A stretch of 64,000 bases of DNA, from NCBI GenBank assembly GCA_030141605.1, contig JAQGDQ010000066.1:310001-374000 (forward strand). The letters run 5' to 3'. Below the pieces are notes generated by a model. The model ran no database searches and was not told the origin of the DNA. It saw only the letters and a program-made list of their open reading frames with translations. The position numbers were made by a program, and so were the translations under genes. Below are positions 25,631 through 39,400 of the stretch, piece after piece (the stretch's first letter is position 1; each line of letters begins with the position of its first letter). Source of the stretch: Tubiluchus corallicola (Eukaryota; Animalia; Priapulida).

Positions 25631-28389
25631 AAATCTAAGAAAAGATGCATGGAGACATTGATAGATTCTTTGGATATTAGAGCTGCCCCTTATTCAACTT
25701 CCCGAATTTACTAAGTCTGAATTTTCATTTAGACCAAGAAAATAATTTCTGACGAAAAATCACGGGAATAGAATAAACTCGTTATTTTGTGTTATAGTAT
25801 ATATATACATATACATTCATTTTTTCAGTTTGTAACTCTTCAGTCGACCAATTTGCTGCTGTTCCCGCAACCTCTGGTACCACTTGCTGTCGCTCGTTTC
25901 ACATTATTTAACAAAAAAAATCCCTACTCATTACTCATCCAACAAAATGTTAGACAAATCGTCGCCATTTTGTCATCCAGTCTTCTTATATTAATGATTG
26001 AACTTATGTCTGTTGAAAACAGCAGGTGAGGCATTAAATGATCAGTAAGGCCATTTTCACTGTATACGATACATCACCATGATACTGATGTTACAGGATG
26101 CTTTTCACCTGCTGAATATTAGGTGATGAAGTGTGAACTGTCTCGCGTGATGAATGAGTTAAAAATTAAGCCGTAGCTAAGTATGCGGTCTGCTTTTTAC
26201 TCCCTGCAGATAAAATTATTCCGCTTTATGCCTTCCATTAACGCTAGCTACATATATTAAGAACAACTATTTTAATTTCATTGCACGTGATATTACACCA
26301 AGTTTGTTTTATATTCCGTACTGTGAAGTTTGAGTATAGTGTACATTGTACTTACAGGGTTACAATCCAACATTTTGAAAGTAAGAAACGCTGCATGCAG
26401 TATGTTTGCGAGCTTTTTAATGTAAAATGTAGAATGAGTAAAAATTTTGGGATTTGAAGCGGTTTGACTTCACGAAATGTAAAATTTGCCAAACACTTAG
26501 TTATCAGAAGATTACCTGTTGTCCCAAATCGTTAGAATAAAATCTTGGAAATATATGCGAAAGTAGAACTATGAGCTTATGATATAGTGTCATTTTTTGC
26601 CGGAAAATCTCAGCTTTTTCTATAACGTACATCGTGCTCACTAGTCACTCCATCAGAGCAAAAAGCAATGCTAATCTGGTCCTCTTCGAACCTAAATTCT
26701 TTAAAAGAACGCACAAGTGGAAGTTAGCAAGAGGTCCACTAGACCTAAGCTCTTTTTAAACTACGCATTTTCCGCATTAGAGTCGATAATTAGCAATCGT
26801 TTGCAAGTAGTAACATCCTTCTTAATTCCAGCTGAATGCTTTCAGTTTCGGCTGAGAGCTCAAGTTAAATTAGACCTTCGTGTTCAAGAGCTAGACCCCA
26901 CCACAGCGCCATGCCCAGTAGATACTAAAGGCAAGTATCTAGAAATTTAACAAGAGCAATCGAATTTTCGAAACTGTTAAGCAAACAACTCAAGCTGGAC
27001 AAATTTCAGCAAAGTTAAATTTCACCGGGTCTTGTACTCGAGGTTGTGTCAATAGACTGGCTTTTGTGCCCTTTCGCTTGAACAAATCTGACTTTCTGTA
27101 GGTAAAACTACATTGGCGGGGCGCTATGGTTGACCAAGCAAAACTGTCAGTGGTATGACGATTTTTGTAGCTACTTATCAAACTTAATTACTATCTAGCA
27201 ACATCTTATGCCTAATTGCATTGGTGTCACCTAGGTGTATATTGCTAAACTATTAGGTTTTGACTAGACGGCTTGAAGAGACCAGTGGTTTTAGTAGTGT
27301 CCATTCTGTGGATTAAGCTTAGCTCACGTGTGGCCTTGCTTGTAACTAAAAGCCAATGTAAGTAGTCACTTTCGCAAAAAAACTCGAAGCGGTACCTCCA
27401 CTTTGTCGAGGGAGGCAGACTAGCAAACCCACTAAAGCTTGTGTAGGTCCTTGTGTGTAAGCCAATGTTATACTCGTTTAACTCAGCTTCTATAGAAAGC
27501 TATATCTCACTATTAATAACATGTTCAAACGCGAAATTATTCCTTAAAAATAAGTTCCTATACCTTTTTTGAAGTTATCACCAAAATGCCAGCTTATTTC
27601 CGCGACCAGTAACTATTCAATGGAACCATTTTAGGGAACACAAAGACTAACGCTGGGGGAGGTGGGTAGACGCCCACTAGAGCAAAATAGGCTTTACAAT
27701 TGCGTTTTATAAGTGCAAGTTAACCCAACTTTCTGATACAATATCTTTTTCCTCTACATTGCTCGCTGACAATGAATATGTTTACATCATGTACACACAC
27801 CTAAGTGATTTTTCTTTGCAAGAACCAATGGCGTTATTTCATTCATAATAGAACCTTCATTTCAAGCTTGAAAGTTGAGAAGAGTTTTGTGAAAAACTAA
27901 AAGTGAAAGCTTATTCATAACACGTACTTCTGTGTCTGCACAGTTAAAACCTTTGCTATGCATTCCTAGGTGAATTTGCTTTTAATATTTAATTATGAAA
28001 CCGAAAGATTACACCAAATATTATATACGCTGTAATAACCAATTATTGTACCATTCTATGAGAATAAGGCCCAAGTGGTCAATCCTGTCACGCGTTGTCG
28101 TCATCGTTATTGTTGTTGTTGTGGACACAGTGGAAAATGGCTGCACATGCCTTTTATCTTATTGAACATTCCACAGCAGTAAGTTCGAGCTATCTATGAT
28201 TGATTCTTGTTAGATAGTTGTACTAGATAAGATTATAAGTACATTGTATTAAACATTTTTCACTTGCTTTTTCTTATTCTGAATTGATGATATAAAAATA
28301 AGTGAGCGAATGTGCGTGTATGTTTGCGTGCGTGTGTGCTTGCGTACGTGTCGGTGTTTGTGCGAGTGTGTATACCAAGGTGAGAATTT

Positions 28390-28485
28390 AGACCAGCTTG
28401 GCAAGTAGATCAAATGGTACAGCAAAGTGCTGTGTAAACACAAAAGTTCTGGACTCGAATCCTAGTTGGTTCACAGTTTTTCAGG
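28390..28485 (+). mobile_element. tRNA-derived SINE head (degenerate A and B boxes)
   Basis: TAGATCAAATGG A-box-like and GACTCGAATCC B-box-like motifs with tRNA-like spacing, followed by a T run; adjacent to a (GT)-rich tract. Confidence 0.5.
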
Positions 28486-31400
28486 GCCTCATTCTTCAGT
28501 TAATTATCCGCTAGGCAATTGTTGTATGCGTGATGACTTTCTTAATATGTGTGTGAAATGTGATCCAAATGTTTCAGATTTTGGTCAACCATACCTTATT
28601 CCGCCATTAAGCTTTCTTTTCGTGGCATTTACATCTAGACAGGATGATAAATTACTCCGCCTCCGACTTCTTAAGAAGCTTGGATTACATTTCGGCATAA
28701 TGAGGACCTGTTTAGCGTCGGATCAGTTTCTGTCTGCATGCACGGCATCTGTTTGATCCCTTGATCATCTTTGTTTCCAGGTAAACATATCTATAGAACA
28801 GCCTCAACATACTTACAGAATAAAGCTGCATTTGGAGAAGACTCAAGCCTGGAATGATCAAGATCTTATCAAAATAGCCGCAAAATGCCAAAGTTTGTTA
28901 TTTAGACCTTTAGATTAAATTTCTCACCTGTGATGGTATGAGGCGACAAGACTGCATTTTAGAAGTTGCTTTACTTTAATTTTCATACAACTCTTAATGA
29001 ATTTTATCATTTAGTGTCTTTCAAAAGTTCCTCATTAATTTTAAAAATCTTTTAAAGCAACAGCAACAAAAGGAACCAAATGAGAATTTTGGTGCCATTA
29101 AATATGTTTAATAAATCTGTTGCAGCGATTTTTACAAGTACAGTAGTAAAAGAAAATGGCATAAAGCTTCAAATCAAAACTAAACCATTTGTCAATTAAC
29201 TGCTAAAAATTAAAAATCAAATTAGCGATGGAGGTTCAGCGTCATTGACAAAGTTACTCACCAATGTGTGCTAAAATTACAGTACAGAAGAGAAATGACT
29301 TTAATTGTTGGTTTTATAACGTGTTTCGTGTTGGCATTTACCCTCTCCGGTTTTTGTCAAAATAATTTTGCAAAATATTTTTTACTACGACAGAAATATA
29401 ATAAGATCAAAACAGCAAAATTTTAAACCATTATTTAGGTCTTTGGGGTAGCAGCAACTCTTCCCTCTCACGAAATCACAAGCGTTGGGCTACTTACACC
29501 ATTCATTCAAATTAAGTAATCCCTTTTCGTATTGTTTTCTCTCTGATGTAATCTTATTTAACAGGTGCCGTAGATGTACATCATAATAACAAGGACAGGT
29601 AACCTGTTTTGAACAGGTGTATAATTAGATACAGTCATTCGCGCGCTGAAAATTACCTGGGCGTCGTTATTGAGATCATAAATCTATACAGAAAAGCGGT
29701 AGTTACGTATCAAACATGGGTGTATGCTAGTGCAGTATGTGAAGGTGTCACAATAGTGATATTACTATGGCGTGGGCATTTATAACCATTACTCATATAT
29801 TATTATTGGCGATGTAAAGTTACCTACTGCCCGAGTACATATCTGTGTTCCTTGAGTATCTATTAACGCAATTTGAATGCTATGATTTGCACAGATTTTA
29901 GATAAATTCGCTTTTATAAAAATCTTAAACTTTACTAATTAATGCTGCTTATCTATAGCCACGGTATCTATATAGTGTTTAACAATAACAATTTCATTTG
30001 AGTAGAGATGTGTTTAAAAGCTCTGCTTATTGCTCCGCCCACAAATATGTAAAAACTTTGCCCTATAAATCGGCATTGGACTGCCTGACTAGATTACAGT
30101 AAGTACCTGTGTCTATTAATCTGAATATTGCGATTTTCCTAGTTTTTAGTTAAATAAGTTTTTGTCATACTCTAAAAATCGGCTAACAAATACTGCTAAT
30201 CTGTGCCACATCGTTTGTACAACAATAACATATGACTTGAATTTTGAAACGCTCCAGTTGTTCTGCAAACTTCATCAAAAACATGACATTATCATGAAAC
30301 GCATTTACATATTTTAATGAATTCGCAAAAGTACACCACGCTCTAGTCCCTGAATTGAAAGCTGGGCACTTTTTAGCTTTTAGGAATTACCATGCCAAAA
30401 CTCTAAACAACTTGGCTTCACAAACAAAATTTGCTAATCACTTTTCAAGCTATAACCCTTCAAAATAAGATGGTGCATCAAACGAAACACAAGCCCGCGC
30501 ATAAAACCCGAGTTGTTGTTCGCCAAATTTGGTGACATTATACAATGTTGGTGACATTATACAATGTCATTACAGTATAGGTAAAGAGAGGAACTTCCTT
30601 TGATTTAACAAACATTGGGTAGTATTTTTCAGAAATCCACAACCTTAGCAGAGACTCCCAAATTATTCTCCAGTAACCCAGTTATTTCTATCTTTATTGG
30701 AAAAAATAAATACATCTGAATGTGGCCAAGACAGTCAACGACAAAAAAAGATTATCTTTGATAATTAGCTATCTTCTGATTCTACCAAAACTTTGTGTAT
30801 TAACTGTGCTTTACTATTAAGTGCTGCCGAGGTCTATCTCTTATTGCGATGAACTAAACCGTACGAAAATAATAGGCAGTTCATTAATAATGACGATTAA
30901 ATAACCCTTGCATCTCTCAAAATGTCAGTATTACATTTATGGCTGAAGTATTTGTTCACAAAAAAAGTATAAAACACGCTTAAATAGATCTCAACATTTT
31001 TATGTTCACACAATCATATTTATGGAGCAAACTTATCTCCACGATCATAATCGATAATAATAATATAGTTTTTCCTAATTAACTACACATCAACTAACTA
31101 AGTAACCGACTCGTTCAAATACATTTTTGTGTAGGTATACAGAATTATTATTATAAATTGTTTTAGTTCGTAAGATTGGATAAAAAGTTATTTTCACCAC
31201 ACCCTGTTATACATATAGCCTAATATTTAACGACTATATCTAAATACATAAAAAGTTTTTGATGGCACCCTGCGCAGTAATTATTGGCGAGCCTTGTAGT
31301 TAATTGTAAGTTAATGAGCTCATAACAAATCAATTTAATTCAAGTATTTTTGATTTTATTACACCACAGAGACAGTAGACGCCAAGAGCGTCATTAATCC

Positions 31401-32149
31401 TAAAAGTAATAAACTAAAGCAGACGCTGTGTGACTTGCAAGACGCCTATTGTAACTATTACAATACGAAGTCTTTATCATTTACTGAAAAAAAACGCGAC
31501 GAGTAGTGGTCGTTAAAACTGAAAAACTGTTGTTCATTCATAAAGGTGCCTCATGATCCTTATCAAACCTGTTTTATTGCATTTTAGCAGAACAAATTTA
31601 TGACCCAAGTAAGAACCTGCAGCGGCCTCGTTCCAAGTCCACAAATCTCAAATATAGCTTTTCTACAGATGTTCTATGCCCAAGAAGAGAAAATTTACAA
31701 GATTAGCTTGGCTGCTTGATGGACAAAATACTAAACAGAAATCAACAATTTCCTCAAAATTGTCCTAGAAACGCCATATGCGAAATAATTAGACGATAGT
31801 TAAATTATTAATAATTAAATGGAAAAAGAAACATTTAAACGTCGTTTAAGTGTTATTTAAAGCAAGGAAAGTTTCTTTTTTACAAGGCTCCTGAATGGTC
31901 ACCGGCCTATGAACTATAGTCACTATATGCAAAATACGTCTGAAAAAACACGGTAACAATGATTCTGTTGTAGTAAATGTACACATTCTGACAAGAAAAC
32001 GCCTCTGTCAACATTGCACTGAAATTTGATTCTCTGTGCTTACTGTGTGTTAAAATAACACGCATGTGACTTACACGGTGTTTTGTTTTGCTCTTTTCTT
32101 GAAAGTAAAAAAATGTTTCAACACGAACAACGTATTTAACAAAGACAAT

Positions 32150-32252
32150 GCCGTAGTAGTGGTCGTGGTCATGATAGTGGTAGTAGCAGCAACAGCAGCA
32201 GTAGTAGTAGACTGTAGTAATAGCAGCAGCAGCAGCAGTAGCGGTAGTAGTG
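32150..32252 (+). repeat. (AGT/AGC)n trinucleotide microsatellite
   Basis: Directly visible. Confidence 0.85.
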
Positions 32253-33280
32253 TATTTATTATAACACACAGAGACAAAATTTTCAAATGTGCAAAAAAGA
32301 CATGTCGCTTAACATTACTAAAATAAACAAATAAAGAAACACGCAAAAACAACCAGGTAATAAATAACAGACATTTGTGTCACTCACATATTAACAGTAA
32401 CTACAAAGCGCCATTTACTGCACATTTAACTCCTTCGAATCGAGTTACATACCTTTACAACAATATGAAATCAGATTCTAATTGATCTATGCTAATCGTT
32501 TAGGCCTACTGCAAATTAATTAGAACGCAATTAGCAAAATAAATCATTACAGATCTGAGCATTATTATGACAATGTTATCCCTGAAACCGTTGAGCCAAT
32601 AAATCCAGAAACGAGTATACGCAATACAAAACATACCTGAGTTGGAGCTAAGATTGCTGCAGGATGTAGGGGCCCACGAAATCGAGTAGGCCTAATACTA
32701 TAATCCTGAATACAATCGTTTTAATTATTCTGACTTTTCAACCATTATAAGCTGATGGTATTATACCATAGAGCAAAACTGTTGTAAAATAGACTTGTTT
32801 TACACGCATGACTATTGAGTATTGATACAGATGTTCCAATGCCTGAGGCTCAAGTCATGCGTAAGAGAAGATCTGGCCATGTCAACCATGCTAAAGCATA
32901 TTCAAGAAAGTGCTGCCACCTAAGCGGCAAAATGAGACAACGGTTTTTAACTCTTACCTATCTTGTACTGCAAACTTTAGGATAACGAAACACATAACAG
33001 AAAGTGAAGAAAAATCTGTTCACTCGAAAATTCAGTAGTGTCCGATAACAGAGGCTGTCAGGATATCACAAATATCATAAAAGAACTATAAATAAGTAAA
33101 TAAACATCCAGGACCCAGACAAATTTTGTTCTGGAATCATTTTATAAATTTTCTACAGCTTACAAAATATACTATATATTAGCACTACACTATGACTATG
33201 TATAAAATTTAAAACTATTAAACTCTCTTTTACAAAATTTCAACATGCATAATTAGTAGTATTGCATGAAAATAACGTAA

Positions 33281-33402
33281 CTATAATGTAGATAATGTCG
33301 CATTTAAAGTGTCAGTAGCATTAGTTAAAACTGATTTGGTGGTTCCACCAATTAATCTTTCTAGAGCCTTTCTCGAAACGTCTGGATCGGAAATTAGTAA
33401 AC
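33281..33402 (-). CDS. SLC28A3: SLC28 copy A terminal coding exon 11
   Basis: [12 protein letters not shown]...[13 protein letters not shown]; conserved with copy B; phase-1 acceptor. Confidence 0.9.
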
Positions 33403-36400
33403 CTGAAAAATAATAAACATTAGGGAAAAAAATCCTTTGAAAAAATTTAATATTATTATTAGCAGTTTCATGGTTTTTTATCAGTGATTTAAATCTAATT
33501 CAAACATAACTGTAATCACCTTCAAAACAATATTTACGACAGCAAAATGATGATGTCGATGATGATGATGATGATGATGATGAGTGACGATGAAAATAAG
33601 GAGAAGAAGCAGAAAGAGCAGGAAGGAGCAAGGAGGAGATGAGGCCAAGAAAAAAGGATTGACTGAGAGGAGGGACAATTTCTTCGCAAATGAAACTGGG
33701 ACAGTAATCTGTGAAACCGCACTTCCGGGATTGGTTGGTTGATACTGTTAAGACCACGCCATCTAAAACTTTGCGGGCTTGATCATTCACACAAAGCAAA
33801 TACTATTGAGAAGGACCGAGCAGTGACAGATTCACCGTTGCAGATGACTTAGTATTGTGTTAGTAATAATTATAGTGTAATCTGGTGTTTATTTTGCTGC
33901 TAATTGGTCGAAATTCTGTGTGTAAGTTTCGAGAAAGCAACAGTATGGGTCGAGTTACATCATTATATATGCTGAAGCACATATTTTCATTACTGCAAGA
34001 GTTGAATTTAGGCTGGTTGTCTTATGCGAATCAAATTTGAATTGGTCCACTAAGGAATTCATCGCCGATTATGGTGAATTCACCACCATAAAAGTACATC
34101 GTTATGCCAGAATAGGCATTCATACCACAAAAAAGAGGAGGAAACAGATAGGGGGATGGTGGTGATTGTGATGGTAGGTGTTATAATGTGCCACGCACAC
34201 GTCAGGTAAAGATGGTCCTCCTCTGGAGTCTGGGGCTGTCATACAGTTATGATGGTCTGTGTTGTTTTTGTTTGATATCCACATTATTTGATGTGCTGAC
34301 TGTTGTAACTTTTTCAGTAGAAACAATGTCCATGAAATAGTTATAATAGTTTACACAGAAATTACAATTATTTTACCTGCTATGCAAGCAGTCATGAAAC
34401 AGGATATAGTTCCTGCCACCAGGGCGCGTATTCCGATCTCTGCTAAATCTCGTTTTCTCTCGGGCGCCATTGCTCCCAATGCACCAATCATGATTCCCAC
34501 AGAACTGATATTAGAGGCTCCACATAAGGCGTACGTGGCAATCACCTCTGAACGAGCCTACACCATAGAAGAGAAAATCAGGGCATTTTAGAGCCTACCC
34601 AAAACCTGGATTAAACTTGTGTCAGCTCTTTCCTTGTTATTTTAACTAGCTTTTGTTGCCTAAGTTGCCTAATCACTCCGGTTTGCTACAATGACAATAA
34701 CGACGACTACAACAACAAACTGCAGTAACGAAACCATTAAAATAGTCATCAATCATATATAATAGTGCTAGAAGCAAAATTTAGGAAACTTGACAAGGTT
34801 AACGAGTTATAATTTACTGAATAAAAATGGGTGAAGTAAGTTCACATCAATAACTGGAAAGATACATGAGCTAGAGTCTTGAAGCATGTTTTGCAAATAC
34901 CTGGAAGCTGAAACAAAGGTGTAATGAAAAGGTCAAGGTCAATGGGCATTTGGCAGTTCTACTGCAGCCTCTAACAGTGCAGCACCAAACTAAAAAAGTA
35001 AGGTACCTAGAGTGGTATAATTTACAAGATCGACACATAAGTGTTGTTACATTATGCTACACTACACTACATTGCTTCACATTACATTACATTTCAATAT
35101 CCACGACATAGTATGATATGAAACTGTTTTAATATTATCTTTAAATTAAATGTAAGTGTTCAATATATACTTTGCAAATTATAAATACTACAATAGACTT
35201 ACCGAAAGTTGTCCTTCTTTTATGTAAGTTCCTAGACGGCCATAAGCAATGAATTCATTCAGAAAAGTTTTTGTTCCTATGAGTTCTGCAACGAGGCCGG
35301 AGTCACTCCAGTCCACCCCCATCAGGAACGCGAGGGGGCGGAAAATATATGAGCAGATCAGCTGTAAAAAACAAATGATTTCAGACATTAATAACACTCG
35401 CAATTTATAAGTCGCTAGTAACTGAAAAACAACAATTACCATTCACAAAACCAGTCAGCCATCATACAAATTGGCTTAACCAAATTAATTGCTTAATTAA
35501 TCACTCAACCAACCATTTCAGTAATGTTCCGAACTGTTATGAAAATATCTTATTTATGCCTTATACTATATAGTTAGTTGCGATTACCGTAGCAAACTGA
35601 TTACGCAGCCAGTCAGTCAAATAGACAGAAAGCAGATAAGCAGGCAGGCAGACAGACAGATCAACAGGCAGGTTGACTGACTCAGTGACTGACAGACAGT
35701 CACTGAGTGATTCAGACTAAATAAACTAAACATGTTTGCTGACTTTTTGATTGATTAATGAAAGAGTGAATAATTGAATTAGTTAACTAGTTGTCCCTTT
35801 TTACTGACTGGTTTAGTTGATTGGGCAAAGTAGGGACATATATCTTTACACTGAAAATGAAAATCAAATGACTATGCCTGTTATAAACATAAAAATCGAA
35901 AGTATAAAGTAACTTGCCGTTTATAAGTGCACTCATACTCATTCAAATTGCTTAAACTGAATTACCTCAAAAGTTAGACCTTCTACGCCTATCAAACCTC
36001 CAAAGTAGGTAAGCAACGAGTTAGCCAATGCCAAGTAAGCAAGAAAAACTATGAGATTAACAGCCATGTTTGCAACTAGTTTGATCGACTGAGATGCTCC
36101 ATTAGATGCAGCTTCTACTACATTTATCTCTGATCTGCAAAAATTGGAAATGAATTAAACAATGTTACATTCTAAAGGCTCTAGATGGCGCCGTGTTTTC
36201 TAGAAATGCTAAAGTTTCAAATATGCCAATTTTTACACACTTCGGCACACAGCAATGGGGAATCAAAAGCACGGATTACTTAACGACATGTTTGTGTAAT
36301 GATCGAGGCCTGGCTTCACCATCAATGATATCCCAAAAATACAAACCATTGAACAGGCAGGAATGTCCCGCTGAACAGGCAGGGATGTTTAAGTCACAAC

Positions 36401-39400
36401 TGGATATTTATAAATCCTCTCTCTATGAAAGAGAGTGTGTGAACCACCAAGTTACATAGCTTACTATGCTGGTGAAAGCCACACAATTAGACTAAAAAAG
36501 TCTGCTTAAATAAAAACACCTATTTGTTCATTAAAAAGAAAAAAGTAGGCCTGTCTCTACAAGCTATTTTCAAAACAATATCAGATTTGTTGAAAGTTAC
36601 ATGAAATTTTGCGTAACCGGCTGACCTGCCAGGAAAACCAGGCGTGGCCGCCTGTAAACAACACTTGTTTTACTATCATACTTCCTAGTAGATCAATTAA
36701 ACAAAAACAAACACCAAAGTTGCCCTGCTCGTGTTTTTAATTAAATGTTGTGAAAAACTGATTATTTTACATAAAACAGAAAAATACCCGATAAAAAGTA
36801 ACTTAACGTTGCTGACAAAATCAGTGCAATGTTGAGTTTTCCATAACATATTTGTTTAACACATCTGCTTACAAAACAGCTAGCTTTAAATTTTAAGGCT
36901 CAACAGAATTCACCTCTATGGGTATCGAACGGGTATTGCTAACCTTTTTTAGCACTTGCAATAGTAATTAAACCATATAATAGACATCAACAAAGTTTAA
37001 GGAACGGTATAAACTTCGTTCCAAAATACCTAATAATGTAATGAATTGCAAATAAAAGTAGTCGGTTTACATACTTCTGCTCAACTTATACAAAACACCT
37101 CAGTTCAGCTCTAGATCAATAAGACCAACCAATGTTAATCACATGTAAGAACACATATTATAAAGACATACTTTTGTATCAGTTGAATGAACAAGGACTT
37201 TTTTATAGTAAACGGAATAAGAACACGTTGGAAATCAAACCTTCTCGTAAGCTATAGGTCCAGTTTGCTCTCGCTTTCAAATGATCATCAAAAATTGTGC
37301 AGCAATTTATGTTGTTACAAAACATTTCAAGTGCCACCCGTTCCTTGCAGAATTTTAAGTAAACTTCTTACCCTTTTGGCAATTCTACATCCTTTGCAGT
37401 TTTGGTCTTACTTTCCTCTACCTCAGGATAGAAAAGCTTGGAGATTGCTAAAGCAGCTGGAGCTGACATTACTGATGCAGACAGCAAATGACTTGCTTGA
37501 ACCTTGAACAATAGAACACATTTACAAAAGGTATAATATTATTAACAATTGTAAGACTAATATCATTTGACTATTATTTAATGCACACAGCTATAATGTG
37601 ATTCACTCATAATAGATTTTGATTTTAGCCATCTATAAGTGCATTGTTAACCTTAAAACGGCAACCTAGGCCCTCCAAACAGCATTGGCCTATTACAGTC
37701 ACAAGCATAATTTTCAAATTTCTTGCAAATTATATGTTGTGATTGAATTTATTAGAATTGAATTAAAATACGCTACACACAAGGCTCCACGTGGCCTAGT
37801 GTCATAATCTTGAACTTGTAATGCGAAGATCCCTGGTCCAATCTAGACTCAGCCCTAGTTTTTTCAGTGTTTCTTTTTTATTATTTAAAGATTTGATAAT
37901 TACGACTTTATTCCATCATTACTGGTGACCTTTACATGTAAATAATTAATTCATCATGCTTGGATTATTCTAGGCTTCGTATCAAGTATAAAAATTAATC
38001 TAATTAGTTATAAATTATATTAGTTTCTCTAGTGCGAGTAAATTAGCAGGAAATTTTGAGTTTGATTGGTAAGCTACTAAAATTAAATCAAGACCTGCTT
38101 TGATCACTAAATGCTTTATGCAAACAATGACCAGAATGTTAATGTGGTTAATTTAGTGTAAATGCATCTAGCTGGATACTTGATGTACGCTGTACGCTGA
38201 CATGCACTATACACATAATTACCAACAGCATCATTTTAACAGAAAGTGCTAAATGCTTAATTTCCTTGCTGGCACGAGAGAAGAAAGAATGTGAGAAAAA
38301 GGGCAGCGAGAGAAAAAGGGAAAAAGAAAGGGAGAAGACAGACAGGCAGACAGACAAACAATCAGTAAGACAGACAGACAGATTAGCAGATAGACAGATA
38401 GGTAGACAGTGAGAGCAGAAACATAGTGAGGAGAGAGAAAGAAAGAAAGGGGAGAGAGAAAAATAGAGAGTGGGAGAGAAAGAAGGGGAGAAAAACAAGC
38501 ATGTGCAAAAGAAATTGTGCGAAACAATAACGAAACAAAAAACAGTAAGGTCTTGAGACGAACAACACTATAATTAAGAAGTATGGCACTTCGCATCACC
38601 CAATTGTCATCAGCACCAACTAATTGTTTATAAACTAAATATACTTACCCCAAATTTGATATATGCTCCCAATACAGAGCCACCTACTGTAGAGAAACCA
38701 TTGGTCATTATAGCATGAAGTTCTGACTTGGTCATGTTCTTGAGGTATGGCTTAATCATCAGTGGAGCTTCAGACTTAAAACAAAATTTAATGTAGAATA
38801 ACTACCAAAGACCGTTTTTACAAACTGGCATCAAGTGGTATGTGTATGAATACACAGCAATTCAATTCATTAAGATAGAAATACATTACGAACAGCCGTG
38901 AAAATAAACTAACAATTTTGCAAAAGCATCGAAAAACTTGTAATATCTGTTAAACCAGGAAATAACAAGATTGGTTATTCTACAATGTGACAGTAAGCTT
39001 TATGGGACGATTATGTCGTAATTACGTCACTAAAACAGTTTTGGAAGCATGGCTCAACTGTGTATGCAAACAAAAATTAAGCTAAATTGATATTGCTATA
39101 AAATGCACAATTTTCCTTTAATTCAATCAGTTTTATCCCTAAATACATTAGTGAAAGTTTATATTTTGTTATTTATATTACAAAAATAATGTTATTTTTA
39201 CAAGTTGTCTATTTTAAGTCAAAAGTGACGAATCAAAATTCTATTTTCTCAACAAATATTTGAAAATCTTTAAAAAGAATATACAACTTTTCAGACCAAG
39301 CAATTGGTAATGTAACAGAGTTCTGGGCATATGAACAGAATAAAGGATGTCATCCAAGTTAAGTAACTTCATTATCGCAAAATAAAAAGAGCTCTAGCAT

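Noticed and set aside
28781-28918. Plus-strand 45-codon open stretch after a TTTCCAG acceptor
   Set aside because: No recognisable homology and no convincing upstream partner exon.
34382-34591. Plus-strand ORFs antisense to SLC28 exons (also 37187-37507 and 55649-55858)
   Set aside because: Antisense shadows of conserved coding exons.
37783-37867. Functional tRNA-Thr(TGT) gene
   Set aside because: Stems and B-box are degenerate, and the paralogous copy has diverged freely, consistent with a SINE or pseudo-tRNA.
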